Part shown: positions 48,477 to 58,711 of the stretch, in pieces
Position numbering within the stretch: the stretch's first letter is position 1
Layout: each line of letters starts with the position of its first letter
Assembly: GCA_963847705.1 (NCBI GenBank)
Contig: CAWKBC010000047.1
Span: 96,001 to 160,000, forward strand
Length of the DNA: 64,000 nt
Origin: an uncultured Pseudomonadota bacterium
GTDB taxonomy: Bacteria > Myxococcota_A > Polyangia > Fen-1088
Direction: 5' to 3'
Translations under genes and position numbers: made by a program
Notes under the pieces: model-generated
Database searches by the model: none
Seen by the model: only the letters and a program-made list of their open reading frames with translations
Told to the model about the DNA's origin: nothing

Positions 48477-50072
48477 CTAGAAGATGTAGAACGCCGAGAA
48501 TTGCACGCGGCTGTTCTTCCCGGTCGAGCCATCCAGGAAGTTCTGGTGGAAGTAGGCGTACTCCAGGCCGAAGCGAACGGCGGAGTTCGCCTCGACGAAC
48601 AGGTTGCCGTCGACGAAGTCGGACTTGTTGAACATCTTGGTGGCGTTCGCCGAGGTCTCGAGCGCCTTGATGTCGCTCGAGTACATGTGCGAGTAGTTGG
48701 CCGCGAGCCACATACGGTTCGGCGTCGGCAGGTAGTACTGCAGCCCGACGAGCACCGATTCCCAGCGGATGGCGTGCAGCACGCCGTCGGCGGTGAAGGC
48801 CACCAGTCCGTTGTCGACGTCCTGCGGATAGGTCGGCACCACGCCCATGGCGTTCGCCGGCGGGCTCGCGAAGGCGGCTCCGCCATTGAGGCCGGTGTAG
48901 AGATCGGCGATCGCCTGACCGTAGACGAACGAGCCGGTCAGCGTCAGCGCGTTGTCCGGGTGGTTGACGTCGGTGGCCGGGATGACCGGGATGAGCGCGT
49001 CGACCGAGTAGCCGTAGCCGTTGATGGTGATCGCCTTGGTGGGCGCACCCGACAGGTTCGGGATCTTGAAATAGCGGCCCACCGTCGAGAAGCCGATCGA
49101 CATCCCGTCCACGGCGCTGCCCGCGGCACCGGCGGTGTGCATGCCCTTCCAGTTGTTGATCGCCAACCGAATGCCGGCCTGGCCGTCGGGCACCTCGGAG
49201 TCACGCTGCGGCGGGCGGGAGGCGGCGCCGGCGAGCTCGACGTTCACGGCGTCGCTCTTGAAGACGTGCGAGAGGCGGAACTGCGGCGAACGCGAATAGA
49301 TCTGCCCGGGGATGCCCTGCATCTCGACGGTATTGGGGTGAAACAGCGACTGAAACCCGAACAGCTGCCAGTACTGGCCGGCCAGGAAGTCGATGTAGGG
49401 CGTCTCCATCTTCAGCGCATAATGGCGCATGCGGAACGTCGGGCTGGTGTAGAACGACGCCTCGGAAACGGCAGGCGTGCCGACCGGGTTCGGGGACGAC
49501 AGCGGCTGATTGCCGAGGAAGTCGCACTCGAAGATGCCGGAGGTCTTGATCGTGTCCGTCTCCGGTCCCTTGAGCTTGACCCCGAAGCGCGAGTTGCGCG
49601 CGCTGAAGGTGGTGCGCCCGTTCTCGGCGCCGTACACCGGCGTCGGGTTCGGCGTGGCCGTGGTCGGAGCCGGCGTGTGCGTGATGGCGGCGTTGCCGGC
49701 CAGATCGTTGAAGGTCTGGGTCGAGTCGTAGATCCCGTCGGCCTCGACGAAGCCATAGACCGTCGCGGAGAACTTGCTCATCACGTTCACCAGCGGCGAC
49801 GAGGTCGGAGGCGTGTGCGCCAGTGGCGTGAGCGTGATCGGGGCCGAAGGTGCCGCCGGCGGTGGCGGCGGCGGTGGCGGCGGTTCGGGAGCGATCATGA
49901 CTGACGGTGGCGGCGGCGGGGGCGGCGGTGCGTCGGCGGCCGGCGGTGGCGGCGGCGCCGGCGCCGCCTCGGGAGCCGGCGCGGGCGTGGCCGGCGTTTG
50001 AGCGACCGCGATCCGACCGATGCAGGAAATCGCGAGCGCGACCACGCTGTTTCTCAAGGGGCCTGATTTCAT
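48477..50072 (-). CDS. Outer-membrane porin (DcaP-like) with Pro-rich N-terminal linker
   Basis: Signal peptide, poly-Pro, VYGFVEADG, ARNSRFG, ECDF, RMRH, GQYW, terminal FYIF. Confidence 0.78.
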   Translation of the reverse strand: MKSGPLRNSVVALAISCIGRIAVAQTPATPAPAPEAAPAPPPPPAADAPPPPPPPPSVMIAPEPPPPPPPPPAAPSAPITLTPLAHTPPTSSPLVNVMSKFSATVYGFVEADGIYDSTQTFNDLAGNAAITHTPAPTTATPNPTPVYGAENGRTTFSARNSRFGVKLKGPETDTIKTSGIFECDFLGNQPLSSPNPVGTPAVSEASFYTSPTFRMRHYALKMETPYIDFLAGQYWQLFGFQSLFHPNTVEMQGIPGQIYSRSPQFRLSHVFKSDAVNVELAGAASRPPQRDSEVPDGQAGIRLAINNWKGMHTAGAAGSAVDGMSIGFSTVGRYFKIPNLSGAPTKAITINGYGYSVDALIPVIPATDVNHPDNALTLTGSFVYGQAIADLYTGLNGGAAFASPPANAMGVVPTYPQDVDNGLVAFTADGVLHAIRWESVLVGLQYYLPTPNRMWLAANYSHMYSSDIKALETSANATKMFNKSDFVDGNLFVEANSAVRFGLEYAYFHQNFLDGSTGKNSRVQFSAFYIF

Positions 50073-50141
50073 TTTTCTCTGTCTCCTCTGGGATTGGTTT
50101 TCCGCGTGGCGGACCGTACCGGAGGACATTCACTGACATCC

Positions 50142-50180
50142 ATAACAACCCCGTTAAGGTCTTGTGTCATTTAGGTGACA
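50142..50180 (-). promoter_or_regulatory. Pho-box-like 11-bp periodic direct repeats
   Basis: Minus strand TGTCAC-N5-TGACAC-N5-CTTAAC-N5-TGTTAT. Confidence 0.5.
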
Positions 50181-50389
50181 TCGTCCCCGCTCGCGCAGCT
50201 GTGGACTTGCTGGGACGCCTGCTGGTCGCATGGCGCCGGCGCCGAAAGGCCCGCGCGGCGGGTGGAGCCCGGAGCTGGCGAGTGCCGGGCCGCCCGGGGC
50301 GTTGACCGGTTCGCGCAGCCGGGACGCGCGTGATCGTGCCGGGCGGCTGCTGGGGAGGCCGCCCCCAGCGACAGGTGAGAAGGCGAGCC

Positions 50390-50848
50390 CTATTGGCAGG
50401 GGCAGCAATAAACTACGGCGCCGGCAGAGAAAGAAAATGCCAGCCGACATCCGTAGGTTGGGTCTGAAGAGGTCGCTGCGTCCGGCTGGGAAACGCCGCA
50501 CGACAGTGCAAACTCCCCGGCGGTGCAGGAGTCCGCGCAGGTTCCGCTGCAGTCCAGGCACCCCATCGGGTCCGTTGCGGAGTATGAAGATGAACTGGTT
50601 GGCGTCGTGCAGGTAACGAAAGCACGCGCCGGCACGCACCCAGCTGCGCCGCCGTTATCGAGCTTCGTCGGCCATCGGCATTGAGGGCCCGAGTCGAGCG
50701 CAACGTCGGTCCGAGCCGCACCATCGGTGAGGACGGGACGATCGGCCGGTCTCGCACCGTCGGTTGGGCTGGGAAGGTTCGATGTGCTGCTGCATGCCAA
50801 TGGCCAGAGGGACAATAGCGCGAGCCAATGGCGGCGATCAAAGTGCAT
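50390..50848 (-). CDS. Small Cys-rich lipoprotein
   Basis: Lipobox PLA-C, many Cys, ends YCCPCQ. Confidence 0.65.
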   Translation of the reverse strand: MHFDRRHWLALLSLWPLACSSTSNLPSPTDGARPADRPVLTDGAARTDVALDSGPQCRWPTKLDNGGAAGCVPARAFVTCTTPTSSSSYSATDPMGCLDCSGTCADSCTAGEFALSCGVSQPDAATSSDPTYGCRLAFSFSAGAVVYCCPCQ

Positions 50849-50920
50849 TTGCCCTTCCAAACATTGGCTCCTCCAACATTGCCTCCTCCAAACATCGCCG
50901 CCTTCTCCAAACATCGCCGT
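50846..50920 (-). repeat. Four imperfect ATGTT(T)GGAR direct repeats immediately upstream of the start codon
   Basis: CGATGTTTGGAG / CGATGTTTGGAG / CAATGTTGGAG / CAATGTTTGGAA then GGGCAAATG. Confidence 0.7.
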
Positions 50921-51088
50921 CCGAGTGCCCTTTCGCCGGGTCGTCGCCCTCGGACGAGGCAACGGAGTCTTTCACCGGCGCGCCGGAAGAGTCAACCTCC
51001 CGCGGCCGGATTCGACGGTCCCTCGACACCGAGTCGGGGCGGCCTCAATCGAGGCTCATTGAGAGGGTGGCCGCAATGTCCACCCACG

Positions 51089-51454
51089 CTAACCCTGGCC
51101 GGCGGTCTCGCCGGCGCGTGGGCCGTTTTGCGGCGGCGCAAGGCGCGGCTTCTGTGCCGGCGCGAGCCGCGCCGGCAGCAGCCTGGCCAGGGTCAATAAC
51201 AGGGATCGGTTCACGGAGATGAAGCGGTGCTTGCCCTGGCACCGCACCGACAACACCCCGGCGACGCACAGAACCTTGAGGTGGTGCGAGATCGTCGGCT
51301 GCGTGACGTCGAATCTCTCGGCCACCTCACCGCAGCAGAGCTCCCCGCCCGCGGCAATCTCCTGAACCATTCGAAACCGCGTCGTGTCACCGAGCGCCCG
51401 GAGCGCCCGCAACAGCGCGTGGTCGTCCGGCTCAGGGACGTCTTCCGCGACCAT
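51089..51454 (-). CDS. ArsR/SmtB-family transcriptional regulator
   Basis: RALGDTTRFRMV..ELCCGEVA..TQPTISHHLKVL. Confidence 0.88.
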   Translation of the reverse strand: MVAEDVPEPDDHALLRALRALGDTTRFRMVQEIAAGGELCCGEVAERFDVTQPTISHHLKVLCVAGVLSVRCQGKHRFISVNRSLLLTLARLLPARLAPAQKPRLAPPQNGPRAGETAGQG

Positions 51455-51554
51455 CGCCCATTGAAGGTGGGGCCCGGGAGGGATGCCGCCAAACTGAAGC
51501 GGCGCGAAAAAACTGGCGGCGCCGGCACGCCGGCTCGACCATCGTTCGAAGCCG

Positions 51555-52790
51555 ATGCCGGCACGCTCCAAACGCGACCTGCTCTGGACCTCCACGACCT
51601 ATTTCGGCGAAGGGCTCCCCTGGAGCTTCCTTCACCAGATGGGGACCGAGTTCTTGACCGCCATCGGCGCCTCGAAGACGCAGATCAGCTCGACCTCGCT
51701 GCTTCACCTGGCGGTCACCTTCAAGTTCGCCTGGAGCCCCGCGCTCGACCTGTTCGGCAAGCGCCGGACCTGGCTCTGGGTGCTGCAGCTGGTGCTCGGC
51801 CTGGGGATGTTCGCCGTCGCGGCCGTCTCGCCCAGCCGCAATCTCTCCGCGTTCTGGCTGGTGGTCTCCGCGCTGGCGGTCGTGCACGCCACCCACGACG
51901 TCGCCTGCGATGGTTTCTATCTGCAGGCGCTCGACAAGCGGGGTCAGGCCCTCTATTCCGGCACGCGCCTCGGCGCCTACCGGCTGGCGATGATCGTCGG
52001 CTCGTCGGTCCTGGTGGTTCTGGCGGGCAAGACCAGCTGGCTGTGGGGATTTGGCGCGGCCGGCGTCCTCATGATCCTGACCGCGCTGGTGAACGCGGCG
52101 ATCATGCCGCACCCGCCGGAGCACCCCGCTGCCGACCCAGCCACCCCGGAGGGGGCGCATCCCCCCAAGGCGATCGCTTTCATCGACGCCTTTCGATCCT
52201 TCATCACCCAGCCCCAGGCAGCCCTGGTGCTGTCGTTCATGCTCTTCTACCGGCTGGGCGACATCATGATGTTCGCCATGTCGAAGCCGCTCCTGCGCGA
52301 TCTCGGCGTCGGCACCGCCCAGCGCGGCTTGCTGAACGGCTTCGGAACTGGCGCCTCGATCCTGGGCGTGGTGCTGGGCGGGGCGTTCGTTGCCCGGCGC
52401 GGCCTGGAGCGGGCGCTCGTGCCGCTCATCTACGTTCAGAACCTGGGCATCCCGCTCTATATCGGGATGGCGGTCTGGAAGCCGCACCTGCTGGCGATCA
52501 CCGCCATCGTCCTGGTCGAGCAGCTGGTCGGCGGGTTCGGGATGGCCGGCGCCACTGTGTTTCTGATGCAACGCTGCCGGCGGGCTTTCTCGGCGTCGCA
52601 TTTTGCGATGGCGACCTCTGTGGTGTCACTGGCGAGCACATTTTCGGGATATGCCTCCGGTCCGCTCAACGAGCGGCTGGGGCACCCGCTCTTCTTCACG
52701 TTGGCCTTCTTGGCCAGTGTTCCCAGCCTGGTGCTGGTCCTCCTGGTGCCGAAGACTTCCATCGAGCTGGATCCGGACGGCGTTCGCTGA
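51555..52790 (+). CDS. AmpG-like MFS permease
   Basis: YFGEGLP, KFAWSP.LD, ATHDVACDG, FYRLGD. Confidence 0.88.
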   Translation: MPARSKRDLLWTSTTYFGEGLPWSFLHQMGTEFLTAIGASKTQISSTSLLHLAVTFKFAWSPALDLFGKRRTWLWVLQLVLGLGMFAVAAVSPSRNLSAFWLVVSALAVVHATHDVACDGFYLQALDKRGQALYSGTRLGAYRLAMIVGSSVLVVLAGKTSWLWGFGAAGVLMILTALVNAAIMPHPPEHPAADPATPEGAHPPKAIAFIDAFRSFITQPQAALVLSFMLFYRLGDIMMFAMSKPLLRDLGVGTAQRGLLNGFGTGASILGVVLGGAFVARRGLERALVPLIYVQNLGIPLYIGMAVWKPHLLAITAIVLVEQLVGGFGMAGATVFLMQRCRRAFSASHFAMATSVVSLASTFSGYASGPLNERLGHPLFFTLAFLASVPSLVLVLLVPKTSIELDPDGVR

Positions 52791-52913
52791 GCGCTGGGCC
52801 GGTTGCGGCGGCTATCGCACATCAGACCACGTCCCAGACGGCACGTTCCACGTCCGAGACGGCACGCTGGATCTCTCTGCTGGGCGTACAATGATCCGTC
52901 TAGCGAGGGAACC

Positions 52914-54839
52914 ATGACTAAGACCCTATCGATCGCCACTGCCGCCGCCGTCGCCACCGTCTTCGTCGGACTTGGCTGCGCCTTCAACCCGTCGAACCTG
53001 CAGCCCACCACCGGCACGACCGGCCCCGGGAGCACGCACAGCATCTCCGGGTTGACCTCTCTCAGCATCAGCCCGACCAGCGCGACGTTGTCGGTGTCCT
53101 CGGGCGGTGCCACCAAGACCCAGCAGTACAAGGTCACCGGGATCGTCAACGGGCACGCGCAGGACGTGACGGGTCAGGTCGGCTACTCGCTGAGCACGAG
53201 CGGCATCGTGACGATCAACGGCAGTGGCCTGGCGACCACCACCAACACCAGCGGCGGCGTCGTGGTCATCACCGCCGCAGCCGGCAGCGTCACAGCCACC
53301 GCGGTCCTGACCGTTCAATATGGGTTCACCGGTCCCGATCCGGGGATGGCCGGGCAGGGCGTGCCGGCGAATGCCGGGTCGTTCTTCACCACCACACAGA
53401 ACGACACCAGCCGCGCGCCGCAGCTCATCTACCCAAACGACCACGTGCTGTTTCCGCCCAACGTCACCGGGATCGAGATCCACTTCATGCCCGGCAGCAG
53501 CAGCAACACCCTCTTCGAGGTCAGCTTCCAGGGGCCCGTCTCGACGATCAACACCTTCATCCGCTGCCAGTCGCCGCAAGGGATCAACGGCTGCATCTAC
53601 CTGCCCGATGCGACGCTCTGGCGCAGCGTGGCCCTCTCGAACGCTGGCCAGGGGGACGTGACCCTGACGGTCCGCGGGACCGACGACACCGGCAGCTCGG
53701 TCGGCAACAGCTCCACCTTTCACATCTCGTTTTCGAAGTCGTCGATCGAGGGGGCGCTCTACTACTGGACCACCAGCGGCCAGACCGCGATCATGCGCTG
53801 GGACTTCGGCGGCAGCACCACCACCGCGACGTCGTACCTGACGCCCACCAACACCGACGGCAAGACCTGCGTCGGCTGTCACGCGCTGGCCCCCGACGGC
53901 ACCAAGCTGGTGGCGAGCGCGGGTGGACAGAATGACGGGCGGCTCCTGCTGTGGGACATCGTCAACAACCAGGCGATGCAGCCGTTCCCGCTGGCGCAGA
54001 AGAGCCAGTTCGAGTCCTGGAACGCCGACGGGACTCAGTTCGTCGGCGTCTATGGCGACACCACGCACATGGCGCCTTCGAACCTCATGATCTTCGACGG
54101 GACGATGGGGACCGTGGTCTCGACCATCGATCTCGGCGGGCTGCGGGCCGATCACCCCGACTGGTCGAAGAACACGGACGGCGCCAACACCATCGCCTTC
54201 ACCTCGGTCGACCCGGTCGCCAACACCACCGATCAGCGGCCCGCCACCGGCGGCATCGACTTCGTCCAGTACAACAACGGCGCCTGGGGCGCGCCGCAGG
54301 TGCTGGTCCCCTCGGAGCTGGGGAAGAACCGCTACTACCCGGCCATCGCGCCCGACGGAAACCTGCTGGTCTACGACGAGTCGACCTGCACCAACGGGAC
54401 GGCGACCGCGGGCCAGCCGGCCGACAAGTCGTGCGACGCCGACACCGACGCCACGGCGACGATCATGTTCACCTCGCTCCAGGGCGACACGCCGATTCCG
54501 CTCACCAACGCCAACGCGCCGGGCGTCGCCGACAACGGCGCGACTGCGCTCACCAACTCGTTCCCCAAGTGGGCGCCGTTCGTGGAACAGCTCGACGAGC
54601 AGAGCCAGCTGGTCTGGCTCACCTTCTCATCGACGCGGCAGTACGGGCTGCGCACGCCGCCCGCGCCGGCCGACATGGACGAGACCACCAAGGGGACGCT
54701 GATCTGGATGGTCGGGATCAGGCCCTCCATCGGCGGCGGCGACCCCAGCTTCACCGCGTTCTGCCTGCCGTTTCAGGACATCACGACGTCCAACCACATC
54801 GCGCAGTGGACCAAGGTCTTCATCAAGGGCCCGGGCTAG
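52914..54839 (+). CDS. Lipoprotein: Ig-like domain + TolB/PD40-like beta-propeller with CVGCH
   Basis: Lipobox GLG-C; P.LIYP.D..LFP.N; GALYYW; CVGCH; HPDWS, YYPAIAPDG, WLTFSSTRQYG, FCLPFQD. Confidence 0.78.
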   Translation: MTKTLSIATAAAVATVFVGLGCAFNPSNLQPTTGTTGPGSTHSISGLTSLSISPTSATLSVSSGGATKTQQYKVTGIVNGHAQDVTGQVGYSLSTSGIVTINGSGLATTTNTSGGVVVITAAAGSVTATAVLTVQYGFTGPDPGMAGQGVPANAGSFFTTTQNDTSRAPQLIYPNDHVLFPPNVTGIEIHFMPGSSSNTLFEVSFQGPVSTINTFIRCQSPQGINGCIYLPDATLWRSVALSNAGQGDVTLTVRGTDDTGSSVGNSSTFHISFSKSSIEGALYYWTTSGQTAIMRWDFGGSTTTATSYLTPTNTDGKTCVGCHALAPDGTKLVASAGGQNDGRLLLWDIVNNQAMQPFPLAQKSQFESWNADGTQFVGVYGDTTHMAPSNLMIFDGTMGTVVSTIDLGGLRADHPDWSKNTDGANTIAFTSVDPVANTTDQRPATGGIDFVQYNNGAWGAPQVLVPSELGKNRYYPAIAPDGNLLVYDESTCTNGTATAGQPADKSCDADTDATATIMFTSLQGDTPIPLTNANAPGVADNGATALTNSFPKWAPFVEQLDEQSQLVWLTFSSTRQYGLRTPPAPADMDETTKGTLIWMVGIRPSIGGGDPSFTAFCLPFQDITTSNHIAQWTKVFIKGPG

Positions 54840-54849
54840 CCAGCTCGCC

Positions 54850-54948
54850 CGGGACCCTTTGAGGGTCCCGAACTGGATCGCGTGAGGGAGAGACGGCTCA
54901 GCCGGCTCGAGCTCGTCGCGGGGGGCGCGGGACCCTTTGAGGGTCCCG
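54850..54948. repeat. Pair of identical palindromic 21-nt repeats (REP-like)
   Basis: CGGGACCCTTTGAGGGTCCCG at 54850-54870 and 54928-54948. Confidence 0.85.
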
Positions 54949-54951
54949 ATC

Positions 54952-56002
54952 TTACGGCAGCCCGGGCACCGGGACGCGCACCTCGTACACGGCGTGCAAC
55001 GTCGTGACGTAGAGGGTCCGGCGATCGGCGCCGCCGAAGGTGCAGTTCGACGGTGCGGAAGGGAAGGGGATTCGCCCCAGGAGCTCGCCGGCGGCGTCGA
55101 ACACCTCGATCGCCTTGATCTCTTCGCTGTTGTTGGCGACGTAGAGATTTCCGTGGTCATCGACGCAGATGCCGTCGGGGACCTTGAAGCCGCCGGGCAC
55201 ACGCGCGCCGTCGATGAGGACGGTCGGCCCCACGGTGCCGGCGACCACGGCGCCGCTGGCATCGAGCGGGAGCTTCCAGACCTTGGCCTGGGTGTCGCTG
55301 CCGATGTAGAGGGTCCCGCCGTCGGGCGACAGCGCGACGCCGTTCGGCTTCTCCATCGCGAGGACGACGCTCAGCGCGCCCGCCGGCGAGACGCGGTAGA
55401 CGGCCATCGGCGCGTGCGGCGTGCCAGGGCGGGCGCCCCAGTCGGTGTCGGTGAAGTAGATGTTGCCGTCGCTGCGCAACACGAGAATCGTTCGGTGCAT
55501 TCAGTGGAACGCCGGGCCGGCCCGCAGCCGAGGGCGGCCAGGCGTCGGCGAGCACGGTGCGCTTCCCCTCGGGCGACACCCGAACCAGGCGCCCGTTGTA
55601 GCGCTCGCAGGCGACCAGATCTCCGGCGGCGTCGACAGCGAGACCGTTGGTGCTGGTCGGTCCGGGCGGCTCGGTGGCGGGGTAGGGGAAGATCGAGAAG
55701 CGGCGGTAGACCGGATCGAAACGGTAGATGACCGCGCCCGCCCCGTTGTTTTCCACCACGTCGGAGAAGAGCAGATAGGGGCCGGCGGCGACCCACAGCG
55801 GACCCTCCAGCGAGACGAATGGGACGGGGCTGGGGATCGCGCGCGGCGTGCCGGCTCCGGCCAGCAGAGCGGGCGGCGCCGCCGCGGCCGCCGCCAGGGC
55901 GGGCGGCGGCGCGGTCGCTTCGGTGGGCGCGCAGGCGCCGAGGGCCGCGAGCGAGGCGGCCACGATCAGGAGCGAAGCCAAGGGGGGTCGCCGGGCGAGC
56001 AT
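54952..56002 (-). CDS. SMP-30/gluconolactonase lipoprotein (frameshift near 55487)
   Basis: EGPLW, NGLAVD, LNAPND|LVLRSDGNIYFTD, PNGVALSPDG, PDGICVD, SNCTFGG. Confidence 0.85.
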
Positions 56003-56038
56003 GGCGCATCAAATCACGGGCCGGCGTTTCTGGCGACG

Positions 56039-58504
56039 TTACGTTCGCGTCTCCTCCAGGCCGACCTCGCCGCGTCGCCGGCGAGGGAGCACCACGGTGA
56101 ACGTCGTCCCTGCCGACTCGGCCGAACGGACGTCGATCGAGCCACCGTGGACGCGGACCAGCTCGCGGGTGATGAAGAGGCCCAGCCCGAGACCGCGTGA
56201 CTTCTGCATCTGCCGCGCGGCCAGCGGCTCGAACAGCGTGGGGAGCCGGTCGGCCGGAATGACGCCCTGGTTGTGCACCGCGACCTGCACGCTGTCGGAG
56301 GCGCGTCCGTCGATGGTGACCGCCACGCCCCCCTCGGCCACGCCATGTTGAACCGCGTTGGCCACCAGGTTCGAGAACAGCTGCGACAGCCGGTCCTGGT
56401 CCCAGTGCCCGAGCGTGTCGCCCAGGCTGGTCGAGCGGAGCGTGCAGTCGGGATTGGCCTCGTCGAGCTCGTCGATGACCTGGCGGACCAGGGGGAGGAG
56501 ATCGAGCTCGGTCCGCACCAGCGGGATTCCGCCGCCCAGGCGCACGCGCGTGAAGTCGAGCAGCTGATCGATCATGCGGGTCATCCGCTCGCTGCTGGAG
56601 AGGATGCGTGACAGAGGCTTCTGCAGCCGTTCGGTCTCGGCCCGGTTCATCGCCAGGCGCGCCGAGGTGATGATGGCGGCCAGCGGATTGCGCAGATCGT
56701 GGCCCAGGATGCCGGCGAACGTCTCGTTGAAGTGGACGGTCTGCTGCAGCTCGGCCAGCGAGCGAAACCGAAGCACGGCGGCGGCGACGTGGTTGGCGAT
56801 GGCGCGCGCCAGCTCCAGCTCCTGCGCGGTCAGGTCGCGCGGGCGCGTGTAGTACACCATGAACTTCCCGATCAGGCGTCCGCCTCCGACCAGCGGGATG
56901 AAACCGAGCGCGCCGATCTGCTCGCTCTCGAACAGCGGCAGGTAGGAGGCCATCGCCGGGTCGGTGGCGACATCGCCGCTCACGATCGGTTGCGGGTCTC
57001 GCGCGTCCGCAGCCCAGGGCGAGTGCCCCTCGACCGCTGCCCGGTACTGGTCGGAGAGGTTGCGCCAGGCCCGAAACCGCATGACCCCCTCCCCGTCCAA
57101 CAGCAGCACCGAGGCGCGGTCGGTCCCGAGCGCCCGGGCGATCGCGTCCAGCGCGGCGTCGTAGATCTCCTCCACCCTGCTGGCGCTGATGACCGTCGCG
57201 GCCAGCTTGTAGAGGAGCTCCGCGCGGATGCGGTTCTGTTGCTCCACCGCCAGGAGACGCAGCCGCTCCAGCGCCTGGCCGCAGTAGCGGGCAATGAGAA
57301 ACAGGAAGTGCGCCTCCTCGTCGTCCAGCGCCCGCGCGTCTTCGAACGTCAGCCCGATCGCGCCCAGCGTCCGTCCGGGGGTCTTCACCGGGAGACAGAC
57401 CACGCCGTAATGGCGTGAAGGCGTGGCGCTCCCGGCCAGGTTGGGATAGCGGGCGATGAGCTCGTCGCGCGAGGCGATCCAGATCAGCTCGCCGCCCCGG
57501 ATGGCGTCGACGATCGGCGTCGCGGACGGGTTTCCCTCGAGCGAGATCGTCGCGAAGGCCTGGGCGGCCTCGTCGCTGTATCCGTCGGCGCGGACCAGAC
57601 GAGCCGCCGCCTCGCGCCAGCCGGTCAGCCAGAGGGCGGCGCTGGAGGCCCCCAGCGCGACGCGTGTCTGATCGACGACGGCCTCGAAGACCTGCTCGGC
57701 GGTCACGGCGTCGGCGATCGCCGAGGTGATCTTCGCCAGCCGCTCGGTCCGGCGCGCTCGGCCGTCACGCTCGACCGCCGCCCGCTTCAGATCGGCGAGG
57801 TGCGCCTTCAGCTCCTGTTCCCGGAGCCGGAGCTCGCGCACCGAGTTTCTCAGCTCGTGTTCGAGCTCCTTCCGGTGCCCGATCTCCGCGGCCAGCGCCC
57901 GGACATTTTCGGCGGAGTGCTCGGGGCGCTGGCGATCGAGCAGCGGACGCACGTGCGTGTGCGTCCGGCAGATGTCCTGGAGGCCGCTGCTCTCCTTGTA
58001 AAAGCTCGACACCACGTAGCTGCAGAGGAGCGAGAACGAGCGGAGGGTTCGCAGCTCGTTCCACATCCCCTCGAGGGCCACGGCCGCGCTGCGATTTCCG
58101 CCCCGCCAGAGCAGATCGACCATCTCGCCGTAGGCCCGGATCTCCCTCCGCCCGCCACTGGCGCGCGCCCGCTCGATGACGGGGCCCACCGTCCCGGTGA
58201 ACCGCTGCCAGTCGGGGGACGCGCCCACCATGAACTGGTCGAGCGTCTCCTGGGCGTCGAGCATGACGAGGAGGCCGGCCGCGATCCGGCGCCCCGGATC
58301 GAACCCCCGGGTGGTCAACTGCGCGATGAAGGACCGCCGGTGCGCCTCCGTGGCGATGACGACGGTCGGCGCGTCCGCCGCCAGGCCGTCCGCCAAGAAG
58401 TCGACCACGGCGCTCTCGAGCAGATCCTCACTCTCGTAGAACTGGACGATGTGCGGCGGCTCGTCACCTTGACTGTTGACGGTCGTGGCAGATTCCAGCG
58501 GCAT
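56039..58504 (-). CDS. Cytoplasmic MEDS-GAF-GAF sensor histidine kinase
   Basis: HIVQFYE..RAYGEMVDLLW..LLCSY (MEDS), two GAF domains, GHDLRNPL, GLGLGLFI. Confidence 0.92.
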   Translation of the reverse strand: MPLESATTVNSQGDEPPHIVQFYESEDLLESAVVDFLADGLAADAPTVVIATEAHRRSFIAQLTTRGFDPGRRIAAGLLVMLDAQETLDQFMVGASPDWQRFTGTVGPVIERARASGGRREIRAYGEMVDLLWRGGNRSAAVALEGMWNELRTLRSFSLLCSYVVSSFYKESSGLQDICRTHTHVRPLLDRQRPEHSAENVRALAAEIGHRKELEHELRNSVRELRLREQELKAHLADLKRAAVERDGRARRTERLAKITSAIADAVTAEQVFEAVVDQTRVALGASSAALWLTGWREAAARLVRADGYSDEAAQAFATISLEGNPSATPIVDAIRGGELIWIASRDELIARYPNLAGSATPSRHYGVVCLPVKTPGRTLGAIGLTFEDARALDDEEAHFLFLIARYCGQALERLRLLAVEQQNRIRAELLYKLAATVISASRVEEIYDAALDAIARALGTDRASVLLLDGEGVMRFRAWRNLSDQYRAAVEGHSPWAADARDPQPIVSGDVATDPAMASYLPLFESEQIGALGFIPLVGGGRLIGKFMVYYTRPRDLTAQELELARAIANHVAAAVLRFRSLAELQQTVHFNETFAGILGHDLRNPLAAIITSARLAMNRAETERLQKPLSRILSSSERMTRMIDQLLDFTRVRLGGGIPLVRTELDLLPLVRQVIDELDEANPDCTLRSTSLGDTLGHWDQDRLSQLFSNLVANAVQHGVAEGGVAVTIDGRASDSVQVAVHNQGVIPADRLPTLFEPLAARQMQKSRGLGLGLFITRELVRVHGGSIDVRSAESAGTTFTVVLPRRRRGEVGLEETRT

Positions 58505-58711
58505 TGGTCCTTCCCATCGGCCATTTGCTCGACGCACCACCCTCGAGCGTGAACAAACTGCGTACGAGAAATCCGTAGGCCAGCCCCGGGGAGCGATTTC
58601 GGAGCGCGATTTTCGGGAGCCCGCTGGCGACCCGGCCCGCCGAGCTTGGATGTCGAGCCGGGCGTACCCAGGTTGCTGGAAGTACGGCGTGTCATTGGAG
58701 GAGGGCCTGGG

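Noticed and set aside
19866-50900. Island as a mobile element
   Set aside because: Parts look slightly less GC-rich by eye, but no integrase, transposase, tRNA or att repeats were found.
54850-54948. Mini-CRISPR array
   Set aside because: Only two 21-nt repeats, a long spacer and no cas genes.
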